A stretch of DNA of 64,000 nt, taken from IMG/VR virus record IMGVR_UViG_3300025767_000004; one strand, written 5' to 3'. The position numbers were made by a program, and so were the translations under genes. Shown here piece by piece: positions 1 to 9,234 of this stretch. The stretch is from an uncultured virus (IMG/VR IMGVR_UViG_3300025767_000004). Taxonomy: Duplodnaviria; Heunggongvirae; Uroviricota; Caudoviricetes. The notes beneath the pieces were generated by a model, which ran no database searches, was not told where the DNA came from, and saw nothing but the letters and a program-made list of their open reading frames with translations. How positions within the stretch are numbered: the first letter of the stretch is position 1; every line of letters starts with the position of its first letter.

Positions 1-2
1 CG

Positions 3-95
3 GATGGTACTGTATGGGGGACTTTATTCCCAGGTGAAAGTTTATTACAAAAAGACATCATTGAGTGGTGTGATAATATGGAAATTATTGCTTAA
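3..95 (+). CDS. 3' end of a hypothetical protein (partial)
   Basis: Open frame DGTVWGTLFPGESLLQKDIIEWCDNMEIIA* runs in from the window edge, TAA at 93-95. Confidence 0.6.
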   Translation, partial: DGTVWGTLFPGESLLQKDIIEWCDNMEIIA

Positions 96-106
96 ATTAG
101 CGATAT

Positions 107-118
107 AGTTCTTTGAAA
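107..118 (+). promoter_or_regulatory. boxA-like antitermination motif upstream of tmRNA
   Basis: AGTTCTTTGAAA just before the tmRNA 5' end; same AGTTCTTT core precedes the large RNA at 60549-60556 (minus). Confidence 0.45.
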
Positions 119-218
119 TTATGGGGGCGACTTGGAATTGATTGGCAGGGTCAGTTATACAGGGCACGTAGTGAGATGTTTCCTATCACTTAAATCTATG
201 GTGACAATTTTTTTAGAC

Positions 219-284
219 GGCAACGTTTACAACGAGATGGCAATGTTCGGCTTAGTAGCTGACGAAGCTATCGTTAACGCATAA
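219..284 (+). other. tmRNA tag reading frame (A)GNVYNEMAMFGLVADEAIVNA*
   Basis: Resume codon inferred at GGC after TTAGAC; 21 codons ending Ala then tandem stops TAA TAG. Confidence 0.65.
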
Positions 285-523
285 TAGTTATGGAGTTAAC
301 AGTAACCCACTCCGAGAGTCGGTTACATCGGGTCGGTCAGGACATTAACCTAGGAACAGAAGTCCGTTGTTGTGGTGGAAAAACGATTGAACCCAAACTC
401 GAATCGTCCATTGGTTGTCAGGTTTACGATGGTGAAGAACAGACTGACTATTTCGGAATATTGCGAATTAATATTGACCTAAACGTGTAGTCCTTTATAG
501 GTGGACTGAACAAGACCCGGGTT

Positions 524-748
524 TGATTGGGGACCCACTCAGTAGTAATATTGAGTTAAAAATCGGATGAATTGCTGGAACGCTAAGTCGGAAACGATAA
601 GCCAATCAGCAGCCAAGCTTAAGATACATCTTAAGAAGGTTCAGAGACTAGTGGAGAAGTAGAGTCTTCTTAATAACCACATTAGCGTCCGACATCTCAT
701 TGAGATGATGATATAGTCCGTACAGTGTAGAAATACATTGAGTATACG
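524..748 (+). ncRNA. Group I self-splicing intron (ORF-less, with P7.1 insertion, IA-like) in the tmRNA T-loop
   Basis: P1 exon GGGUU/GGACCC with U.G at the 5' splice site; P3 TCGGATG(563-569)/CGTCCGA(686-692); P4 TGCTG/CAGCA; P7 GACTA(646-650)/TAGTC(714-718); R TCAGAGACTA and S GATATAGTCC; P9 with GAAA tetraloop; terminal G748. Confidence 0.92.
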
Positions 749-774
749 CGAAACCCGGCACCTCCACCATTAAT

Positions 775-810
775 GGGAGAAGAAGGATAAAACCATCTTC
801 TCCCTTTTTT
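775..810 (+). terminator. Intrinsic terminator after tmRNA
   Basis: GGGAGAAGA...TCTTCTCCC stem followed by T-run. Confidence 0.8.
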
Positions 811-1027
811 CTTTTAGTTCTTTAGTGTACTTACCATTTCTAGGTGTTAACTTAAGATAGTTTTCTTCTACTATGTTTTTTCTATGTATTTTTTTAGGGT
901 GAAAGCTTTCGATATTGGTGATGACTGATAAACCACTCCTTAATTGGGGTGGTTTTTTTATTATAGAACGTCTATACTTTCTTCCCCTTTTTCATATACT
1001 TTTTACTCTAAATATTTATACTTTAAT

Positions 1028-1798
1028 ATGAGAATTATATACAGTTTCAATACATCAGTTGAGGACGACGACCTTTACTATAAAGGCATCAATTTAGAAC
1101 ATAACTTTTTGTATTACGAATTATCGATTAGACTATGTCGACAATATTACCCTGTGACGTTATATACTGACGAATACGGGGCTAGTCGATTGGGACACTT
1201 AGTAGATGAGGTAAAACTATTAAAGAAAGACCCTGATAATTACATTTGGAGTGAACCAAAGTTTGAAGCAATAAGTAATGAGTCTGGGGAATTTTTACAC
1301 GTAGATGGGGACTTATTTATTAGTAGACCTTTCAAATTAAATGACTCTGACGTTTATTATGACTACACAGAAACTACGTTATATGAGTATTACTATAAAG
1401 ATAACTTAAAAAACTTTACTGATTACGGGATTGGTGAAGTATTCCCTGAATGGTCCAGTGAATATTTAGGGGCGTTCAATATTGGGATTTTAGGGTTTAA
1501 AACGGATGAAATAAAAAATATCTATTTAGATAGGTATTATAAAATGAAAGAATGGTATTATAACGTATTTCCGAATAAGGAGATTTATTCCCGTATACCG
1601 AGTATGACATTAGGGGAGCATAGTCTATCGTGTCTATCCAATTATTATGGGTGGAAGTCGACCCCATTATATGATGAAAATCAATACTTACACATGTACG
1701 GTGGTCGTAAACATTTAGACATGTTCCATAAATTCGTTGGGGCTTACTTAGCAAGTAGAGAGTTTAAAACGTATAAAGACAATGGACATAATTTCTAA
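1028..1798 (+). CDS. DUF6734-like putative glycosyltransferase
   Basis: LYTD, WSEPK, HVDGD (DxD), FNIGI motifs; paralog of 30518-31408; start moved to ATG 1028 after TATTTAT. Confidence 0.6.
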   Translation: MRIIYSFNTSVEDDDLYYKGINLEHNFLYYELSIRLCRQYYPVTLYTDEYGASRLGHLVDEVKLLKKDPDNYIWSEPKFEAISNESGEFLHVDGDLFISRPFKLNDSDVYYDYTETTLYEYYYKDNLKNFTDYGIGEVFPEWSSEYLGAFNIGILGFKTDEIKNIYLDRYYKMKEWYYNVFPNKEIYSRIPSMTLGEHSLSCLSNYYGWKSTPLYDENQYLHMYGGRKHLDMFHKFVGAYLASREFKTYKDNGHNF

Positions 1799-2261
1799 CA
1801 ACCATTTAGAAACTATTAGGGAAATAAATACGATAACTAATAACCAAGTTTTTTACGGAGGTAGTTTAGAGGATTATTTTTTATTAGGAGGGTCTGATAA
1901 ACCAATAGGGGATTTAGATGTTTTAATTTATAATCCTGACCTTATTAATATATTTAGTAATCGATATTCATTAACAAATCCTAAAGGGTCGTATTTCAAC
2001 AGGTTTATGGGTGAAAAATTCACAAAATACAATACATACATCAATGACATTAAAATCGATTTTTTGTTATCGCATAGTGAATTAGATGAAAATAACTTTA
2101 CAGAATCTATTTTCGATTCAGTGGTTGTCCCTCATAGAACATTACTATTTAAACGTACGATATTAATGGAGTGGATAGAAAAATCAGTTCCTAATGATAT
2201 GTGGGCTCATGATAAGTTCTCTAAAATATTAAAAAAATATGAGGGTCTTAATAGTATGTAA
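1782..2261 (+). CDS. Putative nucleotidyltransferase (Pol-beta-like)
   Basis: YGGS...GDLDV...KIDF motif pattern. Confidence 0.55.
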   Translation: MDIISNNHLETIREINTITNNQVFYGGSLEDYFLLGGSDKPIGDLDVLIYNPDLINIFSNRYSLTNPKGSYFNRFMGEKFTKYNTYINDIKIDFLLSHSELDENNFTESIFDSVVVPHRTLLFKRTILMEWIEKSVPNDMWAHDKFSKILKKYEGLNSM

Positions 2262-2766
2262 TTCAAGGTGTGGTTCGACAAACTTAATGAAGTCAATATC
2301 TTCATACTACGAGATACCTTACTTATTTGAACCTTTTACCAAACAAAAAGAAATACCAATGTATGGTGATGTGGTAGTAAAGAGTCTGATTAACCATAGT
2401 ACGGTATCTAACTATATTGAACTTTCTAAACACTTTGATAAAGTGATTTTACTTAGTCGTAGAGACATTATTGGAATGTCTGAATCATTATATTGGGTTT
2501 CTAAAACATGGGAAAAGAATGGTTATAAAAAGGACGGTGAGTATCATTTATCGGAATATGAGTTTAATGAAGGAATTGATGTTACTGAAAAAGATTTATA
2601 TAATAAAGTAGTTGATAGGATTAATATGTTGAAAAGTTTATCTAACGAATTAAATATTCCAATAGATTACTATGAAGACATTTTTTATAAGGATAAAAAA
2701 CTAATCGATACCGAAATTGGATTGGATTTAAAGTATTTAGACAATAGTCTTAAACTTAGGAAATAA
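2239..2766 (+). CDS. Sulfotransferase-like protein
   Basis: N-terminal 5'-PSB loop SRCGSTNL, FEPF, LSRRD, YYED. Confidence 0.65.
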   Translation: MRVLIVCNSRCGSTNLMKSISSYYEIPYLFEPFTKQKEIPMYGDVVVKSLINHSTVSNYIELSKHFDKVILLSRRDIIGMSESLYWVSKTWEKNGYKKDGEYHLSEYEFNEGIDVTEKDLYNKVVDRINMLKSLSNELNIPIDYYEDIFYKDKKLIDTEIGLDLKYLDNSLKLRK

Positions 2767-2779
2767 TGTCTATTAAAAA

Positions 2780-2804
2780 CAAAAGAGGACCAAGTCCTCT
2801 TTTG
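2780..2804. terminator. Bidirectional intrinsic terminator
   Basis: AAAAGAGGAC-CAA-GTCCTCTTTT. Confidence 0.75.
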
Positions 2805-2922
2805 ATAGATAATTTCACCCCCCTTTCTATTAAATGTTATGGATAACATCCTTTTGAATCTGTTTTGATTCTAATTATAAATATCTTACATTTACATAAA
2901 ATAACACTTTTAGAAATAAAAT

Positions 2923-3393
2923 ATGTCCATTATTAATGAATTAACTTTCAGAAAATTATCTGACAAAAAACCTGTAGATTTGGGTGAGTATGTAATAAAT
3001 TACCTGTTAGATAACCCTGGTACTGATATTTATGTGGGTTGTGATTCTCAAAATCATAAACACGGAACCATTTATGCGACTGTCGTGGTTTTACATAAAA
3101 ATAACAAAGGGGGTCACGTATTGTATACAAAAGAACTTTTACCTAAGGTTCTGAATAATTTTAACAAACTATGGGGTGAAGTGGATAGGAGTATAAGACT
3201 CGCCACGGACTTAAATCATAATTTTGGTGTACCTATTAAGTGTGTTGATTTAGACTTAAATCCTGACCCTAAATACCGTTCCAGTCAGGTATTACCAGCT
3301 GCAGTTGGGTATGTTGAGTCTATGGGATTTACCCCGAGAGTTAAACCTCAGGAGTTATGGGCTATCTCTGCGGCAGATTCTATATGTAAGTAA
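2923..3393 (+). CDS. RNase H-like YkuK (DUF458) family protein
   Basis: IYVGCDSQ, GG, LWGEV, VDLDLN, VKP..A..AAD motifs. Confidence 0.8.
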   Translation: MSIINELTFRKLSDKKPVDLGEYVINYLLDNPGTDIYVGCDSQNHKHGTIYATVVVLHKNNKGGHVLYTKELLPKVLNNFNKLWGEVDRSIRLATDLNHNFGVPIKCVDLDLNPDPKYRSSQVLPAAVGYVESMGFTPRVKPQELWAISAADSICK

Positions 3394-3404
3394 TATTTAT
3401 TATT

Positions 3405-4082
3405 ATGGGTAAGAATATAATAATAACAGAAAAGCAACTTATAGAGATTGCTAAAACACAAATAAATGATGGTCGTCTTTTAGACTCCATCAAGTCAGAA
3501 CTTAAGGCGTTTAAAGATGACCTTAAAGAATTATACGATATAGAGAATTATAGTAAGGAAATATTTACCTTCTTAGATAATTTAAGATTATCGGGTATTA
3601 CCAATATGTTTGGTGCTTCACCATTCCTGTATTCAGGTAAACAATGGATTGAGAACTACGCAAGGTTAAACTCACCACATCTATTCGACGATGACGAATC
3701 TTTTGGAGAAATGCAAGAATCTTACCAAGAAGTGATTGACGAGGCGGATAATATGAAAAACATTATGATTAATATTTGTATTGACCGTGGTGATGTGGAT
3801 TATGATAATATAAGTAGAGAAGTAACTAAAGTATCATCAAGCATGGTTAAACTATGGATGAAGCACTTCAGTTCTGAATTAGGTAAAAAAGTACGCAATG
3901 AAAGTGAATCTATGGAAGAGGGTGAGAATGTTGTATGTAACAACTGTGGACACTCATGGGAAATAGTTTTACCCGATGAAGACCCACTATTGTGTCATAT
4001 GTGTGGTTTTGATGAAAAAGACCAAAGTTTTAAAGTAGAGAAAGTCACAGACTTTTGGACAAATAAAAAAGGAGATAATTAA
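3405..4082 (+). CDS. Hypothetical protein with C-terminal Zn-ribbon; candidate head-packaged protein
   Basis: N-terminal IIITEKQL motif, LRLSGITNMFGA, CxxC...CxxC; TATTTAT upstream. Confidence 0.6.
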   Translation: MGKNIIITEKQLIEIAKTQINDGRLLDSIKSELKAFKDDLKELYDIENYSKEIFTFLDNLRLSGITNMFGASPFLYSGKQWIENYARLNSPHLFDDDESFGEMQESYQEVIDEADNMKNIMINICIDRGDVDYDNISREVTKVSSSMVKLWMKHFSSELGKKVRNESESMEEGENVVCNNCGHSWEIVLPDEDPLLCHMCGFDEKDQSFKVEKVTDFWTNKKGDN

Positions 4083-4097
4083 TTATCTCCTTTTTTT
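4065..4097. terminator. Bidirectional terminator between convergent genes
   Basis: A6-GGAGATAATT/AATTATCTCC-T7 inverted repeat. Confidence 0.75.
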
Positions 4098-4125
4098 ATA
4101 CTCAAACAATAATCCCTAATTTTAT

Positions 4126-4764
4126 TTAAGCTCCAGCTAATGGAGAATTTGCAATATTATTTTTTAATCCGTCAGCCGCTCCACAAACAACATCTGATAC
4201 CTTCATAGATATTTTGTTTATAAACGCTGAGTTCTCAATAAATGATTTATCTAACTCCTGTCTAATTGTATCAATAAATATACTATCTAATTTTAATTTC
4301 GATAACATAGATGTTAAAACAAATTCAAAGAATCCTAAGACTAATATTTTAGTCATCTTTGCACAGTTTGTAATTGTTGACATAATCTCCATAAGAGGTA
4401 TATCTGCGAATGTTACCTGTACGTAAGTTCTTAATGAAGAATATAGTCCCTCATCAGCACCAAGTCTAGTTACTAATGGTTTAACGAACCAATCCATAAC
4501 TTTACCAATCGCCCATTCCTTTAATTGTTCAGATACGTTACCACCTAAACCACCTAATAGATTACCAAAAAAATCAAATAACCCTTCATTTAGGTTATCT
4601 TCACCATTAAATGATTCTCTTAATATAAATGTACCTAATTTATCTATGTTTACATTTGATTCGTTAATGTCTTTAAACTCATTATTAAATCTCTGCTCTA
4701 TAGTTGAATTTTTCTTATTATATAAATCAACTAGTTCACTATGTATCGCTTCTCTTAATTTCAT
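4126..4764 (-). CDS. Hypothetical protein with amphipathic/hydrophobic helices
   Basis: 212-aa ORF, last of a tightly packed 4-gene minus-strand operon; INE/LNE motifs. Confidence 0.7.
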   Translation of the reverse strand: MKLREAIHSELVDLYNKKNSTIEQRFNNEFKDINESNVNIDKLGTFILRESFNGEDNLNEGLFDFFGNLLGGLGGNVSEQLKEWAIGKVMDWFVKPLVTRLGADEGLYSSLRTYVQVTFADIPLMEIMSTITNCAKMTKILVLGFFEFVLTSMLSKLKLDSIFIDTIRQELDKSFIENSAFINKISMKVSDVVCGAADGLKNNIANSPLAGA

Positions 4765-4765
4765 A

Positions 4766-6577
4766 TTATTCTTCCTTTTTTATAAATACGTATAATTTAT
4801 TTTTAGACATAAACTTATTTCTAGCCTTATCTAAGTACCAATCACCACCGTAGACACTCTCTAATTCAATTTCAATGTCACTAATGATATCAGTAATATC
4901 TTCATTTGCCACGTAGACTACTTTTGAATCGTCTGAAGTGATTCTAACTTTCTTAATCCTTTTAGCATCGATTTTTAGTTCATTATTTGATTTAGCGACT
5001 GCATCGTCACCAATTTCGTCAACTGCATCAATTTCTATAGGTGTAGGTTCTTCAATCTTAGTAACGACATCAATAACCTTTTCCTCTTTTTCCGCTTGTT
5101 TTTCAAAGTTGGTTTTACCACTGGATGTAAACGTAAGCATTTTCTTATCAATTGATTCAATAGCCTTTTCAGCGTATATGTCCTCCTCGCTTTTCATATA
5201 CTCCTCTGTGGTAACCGTTTTACGTAGAAGGGTACTAACACCTAATGAACATACTTGAGCTCTTCTCTTATCGTCATTTACTAGTGTTTCACTCGCTCCT
5301 TTTTCAACCATAAATAACTTAAGTTTATCCGTATTAGGAGTATCACTTACTTCTTCAGGTTTCGTTGTTGTTGTATCTGTAGTTGTATCGTTTTGATTTG
5401 TTTCAGGTTCCGTTGTTGTATCTGTAGTTGTATCGTTTTGATTTGTTTCAGGTTCCGTTGTTGTATCTGGGTCTTTTTTAGTAGGTTTCCCATTTACCGC
5501 AATGTCGAGTTTACTAAATAGTTCTGGTGTAATAGTATAACTAACTTCTCCGAACTTAACAGTTATTGGGGTATCACTCGTCTGTTCGTTAAGTCCTCCA
5601 AATTCCATATCCGAAGCATTATCTCCACCACCACAAGTTATATTTGTAGTAGTCCCTAGTGGGGTTCTTATATCGCTCTTATGATAGAAACTACCACTTA
5701 ACTTTCCTTCCTTATTTAAATAAGTGACCGTAATTATACCATTACTTTCTTTCTTTACTGCGATATCCATACCTGACTTTAACTTTTTAAACTCATATTT
5801 TGCAGTCTTATAACACGGTAAGTTAATTGCCATATAGGTCTCTAACTCACTTTGAATATCACCATCTTCTTTCTTAGTCTCAATGACATTTGCGATATCG
5901 GCAACAAAGGTAGCTAATTTCGATGTTTCCCAATCACCATCTAACCTATCGGTATTCCAAAAGGCCGTGAAAGATTTACCTGACTCAAAAAACTCAACTA
6001 AGAAGTTTTGAATTTCTTCCGATTTATCATTCGATATGATATTAAAACTATCTGAACTTTCAATCTTTGATGCGACAAACTCGGCAACATCATCTATATT
6101 GTTCTCTTCCATATGGTCAGACCACATGTCTTCATAATTAAAAGACCCACCTTTAAATCTTTTAAAAATACCATATGTGAGAGATTCAAGACCTTCCCAT
6201 AGTTCAAACCCTTTACCTTCACCATCAATAATACTTCCACTCTCAACTCCTTGAATAAAGTTACTTAGTATAATTAATAAATTGTATATTGAAGTATTTG
6301 TTTGTAGTTTATCGTGTTGAGCCACAAATAATTTGGACGTACTTTTCACTACATCGTCTAACTTACCCCTAAAAGGTCCTGGTTGTAGTATTTTTTCTTG
6401 ACTAGCTTTATCTACTAAATATGGTATTCCGTTTGATACCATCGTTTTAAGTCCGTCAAACGCACTACCAATACCATCGGCAATTGTACCTAAAACGGTC
6501 TCGTCTTGTTCAGAAATTGTAAAGTCAGAACGTTCTATTTTTTCAATTAAATTTAATATTCTCTGTGTTTCTTTCAT
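4766..6577 (-). CDS. Acidic hypothetical protein with Thr-rich repeat linker
   Basis: 603-aa ORF; ISEQ and LNEQ motifs; 15-aa tandem repeat. Confidence 0.75.
   Translation of the reverse strand: MKETQRILNLIEKIERSDFTISEQDETVLGTIADGIGSAFDGLKTMVSNGIPYLVDKASQEKILQPGPFRGKLDDVVKSTSKLFVAQHDKLQTNTSIYNLLIILSNFIQGVESGSIIDGEGKGFELWEGLESLTYGIFKRFKGGSFNYEDMWSDHMEENNIDDVAEFVASKIESSDSFNIISNDKSEEIQNFLVEFFESGKSFTAFWNTDRLDGDWETSKLATFVADIANVIETKKEDGDIQSELETYMAINLPCYKTAKYEFKKLKSGMDIAVKKESNGIITVTYLNKEGKLSGSFYHKSDIRTPLGTTTNITCGGGDNASDMEFGGLNEQTSDTPITVKFGEVSYTITPELFSKLDIAVNGKPTKKDPDTTTEPETNQNDTTTDTTTEPETNQNDTTTDTTTTKPEEVSDTPNTDKLKLFMVEKGASETLVNDDKRRAQVCSLGVSTLLRKTVTTEEYMKSEEDIYAEKAIESIDKKMLTFTSSGKTNFEKQAEKEEKVIDVVTKIEEPTPIEIDAVDEIGDDAVAKSNNELKIDAKRIKKVRITSDDSKVVYVANEDITDIISDIEIELESVYGGDWYLDKARNKFMSKNKLYVFIKKEE
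5367..5469. repeat. 45-bp tandem repeat (~2.3 copies) in CDS
   Basis: GTTGTTGTATCTGTAGTTGTATCGTTTTGATTTGTTTCAGGTTCC at 5367 and 5412; encodes DTTTEPETNQNDTTT. Confidence 0.9.
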
Positions 6578-7839
6578 TACATTTTTCTTTTTTTACCTAC
6601 CATATCATGAGTTGGTTTATATTTACTCTTCTTCTTGTCCAATATCTCAATATCCTTATCTCTACTGTACTCTTCATCCGATTTGTAATCTTTTAGTGTT
6701 GTGGCAGTTATAAACGATGCTCCTGATTTTTTTAAATAACTAAAAAATCCTCTAGTATCCTTTACCACTGATGGGTCCACTGTCCTTAAGAATCTTTCGG
6801 TTCTTTGTTTAAATGAAGAACCTTTAAGGAAATCGTCAAAAGACTTATGTCCGTTAACCATAACTAAATTAGCGAACTCTCTTTGTAGTTCTTTGTTTGT
6901 TGACAAAACATTTTTTCCTTTAATGTTTAGATTTTTACTTGCTTCGTATAGAATACTATTTAAATTTAAATTTTTAGATAAAGGTCCGTTTGTCATTTCT
7001 TTTACTAAGTGATTTTTAAACATGTCCTGAGTCGCGTAAAACGCTCTTTGTCTGTTCTTTTTAAATAATCTACTACCAGCGGGTAGTAAAATCCTACCCT
7101 GTTTAGTTAACTTATTTGACGGAATTTGTTTTATTAGTTTAGAAGCTACCGATTTAGCACCGCTCTTAGTTGAGGTTTTCTTACCTAAACCAAGGATGAA
7201 CTTCTCAAGTCGATTCAACAGTTTAATACCCTCCTTTGATAATACATCATCGATTTTTGTAAAAGGGATTATAGCAATGGCCCTTATAAGTCCACGTAAT
7301 ATATCAAATCCCGATTTTATATATTTAGTGCTTTTATTGATAACGTTTATTACGGGGTCGAATATGTCTTTATAGTTTTTAAGTGTTGAGGTAACTGCAT
7401 CCCCACCTTTTTGAATCGTCTCCATTATTTTAGATAATGCCCCAACAGGCATCATTTTAAAAACGGATTTAAGGGGGATAGCGATAGCAGAACCCACAAC
7501 AGGTATAACTGCAATTAGGGATAAAAGACCGTTAGTTGCGTGAGGAACCCACTTACCCTCGAAGGATGCTCTTATAAATGAAATAATTGCGTTTATAACA
7601 TCAAGTGCGTCTCCAACGACTGGTATGATACCTGCATAGTCTAAAACGGTTTGAACACCATCCAACCACTTTTGTTCATTTATTTCTTCTTCACTTATTA
7701 ACCCTCCTTTATTTTTGGAGTAGTCAAAACCGTTAACTCTATTAAATTGTTGTTTTTCGGATAGTATGTGACTATAATCTCCAATTCTTTTTATAGTCTC
7801 CTCTAAGGAGTATGTTAATTGTAATTCTGTATTTTTCAT
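6577..7839 (-). CDS. Protein with pre-toxin TG-like segment and basic C-terminus
   Basis: LDYAGIIPVVGDALDVINA...LIAVIPVVGSA resembles PT-TG domains; follows ISEEEINEQ. Confidence 0.6.
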   Translation of the reverse strand: MKNTELQLTYSLEETIKRIGDYSHILSEKQQFNRVNGFDYSKNKGGLISEEEINEQKWLDGVQTVLDYAGIIPVVGDALDVINAIISFIRASFEGKWVPHATNGLLSLIAVIPVVGSAIAIPLKSVFKMMPVGALSKIMETIQKGGDAVTSTLKNYKDIFDPVINVINKSTKYIKSGFDILRGLIRAIAIIPFTKIDDVLSKEGIKLLNRLEKFILGLGKKTSTKSGAKSVASKLIKQIPSNKLTKQGRILLPAGSRLFKKNRQRAFYATQDMFKNHLVKEMTNGPLSKNLNLNSILYEASKNLNIKGKNVLSTNKELQREFANLVMVNGHKSFDDFLKGSSFKQRTERFLRTVDPSVVKDTRGFFSYLKKSGASFITATTLKDYKSDEEYSRDKDIEILDKKKSKYKPTHDMVGKKRKM

Positions 7840-7842
7840 ATA

Positions 7843-8055
7843 TTACGGTATTGGGTTCGCCTTACCTCTTGTTATTTGAACAATTTCAGACCACTTAGTG
7901 ACACCTACTCCATTGGCAGGTCCCCTTTGGACACCGGTCTCCCATTGTGGGTATGACGTGGTACCTTCACCCCCTTCCGCGTCTTGTTCGATTATATCGG
8001 ATGCGTGATTGGTGGTTAATCTACTATATTGTTCTTTAGTTAATATAACTTTCAT
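7843..8055 (-). CDS. Small hypothetical protein
   Basis: MKVILTKEQY start motif; internal repeat W...RGPAN/RGKAN; TATTTAT upstream. Confidence 0.7.
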   Translation of the reverse strand: MKVILTKEQYSRLTTNHASDIIEQDAEGGEGTTSYPQWETGVQRGPANGVGVTKWSEIVQITRGKANPIP

Positions 8056-8106
8056 CTATATAAATATTTAGATATACTAAAAAATATAGTTATAACCCTT
8101 AAAAGG

Positions 8107-8619
8107 TCAATTTACTTTAAGTGTACATTTTAAAGATACATTACCTATATCGGTTTTTTGACTTTTAACCTGTTTAAAAAACTTGATAAGTAAGTCGTCC
8201 CATATCTCCTCATACTGGTCCCTGTAAAGAATATTAATTTCTGAAGACATAATACTTAACTCTCCTTCCTTATCATCATGACCCAAACCAAAGATACAAT
8301 GACCTATTTCGTGGTAGACAATATATTTTAAAATGAACTCATCATTTATTTTGTCGTTTATATAGATATCCCTATATTTGTAGAACAAATTGGCATCGGT
8401 AATACAAATACCTAAGTCATTATCGGACATAGTGTTTTTATTAAGATTGCTTAATCTAGGGTAATCAGTCATATTAATCCCATGTGTTTTAGCGTCCTCA
8501 ATAAAACCAACGTATATCGACAATAAATCCCTATCAACATTAGTCCCACGATGTCTTGGAGTACAAGAAATCAGAGTAAAAATTAGGAATATCGAAAAAT
8601 AAAATTTATATTTGTACAT
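8107..8619 (-). CDS. Lipoprotein zinc metallopeptidase (metzincin/matrixin-like)
   Basis: Signal with LISC lipobox; HEIGHCIFGLGH; SIM Met-turn. Confidence 0.8.
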   Translation of the reverse strand: MYKYKFYFSIFLIFTLISCTPRHRGTNVDRDLLSIYVGFIEDAKTHGINMTDYPRLSNLNKNTMSDNDLGICITDANLFYKYRDIYINDKINDEFILKYIVYHEIGHCIFGLGHDDKEGELSIMSSEINILYRDQYEEIWDDLLIKFFKQVKSQKTDIGNVSLKCTLKVN

Positions 8620-8648
8620 AATTAAAATAGTCAATAAATAAATATCTT

Positions 8649-8873
8649 ATGAGTAGAATAAAAGAGTATCACATCAACAATTTAACCAAAGAAGAAATCG
8701 AGATGGTTAGAAACATGTCAGTCATTCACGAAGAAGTGGAATTTGTGGAATCACAAATTGATGAAATAAGAAATAAAATCATCAGTTTAAAGATAGAAAC
8801 ACCAAAAACGGTGGATAATAAACTTAAAATTCAAAAACTCCAACAAGAGTTAGATTCTATAATTAATGGTTAA
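8649..8873 (+). CDS. Coiled-coil hypothetical protein
   Basis: 74-aa ORF coupled to next gene. Confidence 0.6.
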   Translation: MSRIKEYHINNLTKEEIEMVRNMSVIHEEVEFVESQIDEIRNKIISLKIETPKTVDNKLKIQKLQQELDSIING

Positions 8874-9234
8874 AAATAAAACTATATTCTGTGATATTGA
8901 CGGAACAATATTCGAATACCGAAAGTTTGAGACATATACTTCGTCAACCCCAACACCAATTGAGGATGTGGTTGAAAAGATTAAAGAGTGGTTTGACAAT
9001 GGTGAGCAAATTATTTTAACCACTGCAAGACCTGAGTATATGAGGTATCGTACAATGGAAGAGTTAAATATGTTTAATATACCATACACAACATTACTTA
9101 TGGGTATCGGAAGAGGTCCTCGATACGTCATCAATGATATGGACCCAAACAAACCAGGAAAACGGGCAACAGGAATTAATTTAAAAAGAAATGAAGGATT
9201 TAAAGACATCAATTTATCGGTTTATAGTTTATAG
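8866..9234 (+). CDS. HAD-superfamily phosphatase (capless)
   Basis: FCDIDGT, LTTAR, VIND motifs. Confidence 0.8.
   Translation: MVKNKTIFCDIDGTIFEYRKFETYTSSTPTPIEDVVEKIKEWFDNGEQIILTTARPEYMRYRTMEELNMFNIPYTTLLMGIGRGPRYVINDMDPNKPGKRATGINLKRNEGFKDINLSVYSL

Larger units (their letters stand above)
123..769 (+). ncRNA. ssrA: tmRNA, exons 123-523 and 749-769
   Basis: 5' GGGGGCG pairs with CACCTCC-ACCA 3' (G3.U70 alanine identity pair, one C.A mismatch); after splicing the T-arm is CCGGG-TTCGAAA-CCCGG; internal tag frame ends GCA TAA TAG; terminator follows. Confidence 0.93.

Noticed and set aside
290..490. 66-aa ORF
   Set aside because: Lies inside the tmRNA pseudoknot region; no protein features
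524..748. Homing endonuclease in the intron
   Set aside because: Intron is 225 nt and fully accounted for by ribozyme helices
944..1027. Upstream extension of the 944-1798 ORF
   Set aside because: Runs through a terminator and AT-rich promoter region; ATG 1028 preferred. Similar extensions trimmed at 27230, 43704, 51351, 55172 and 63954
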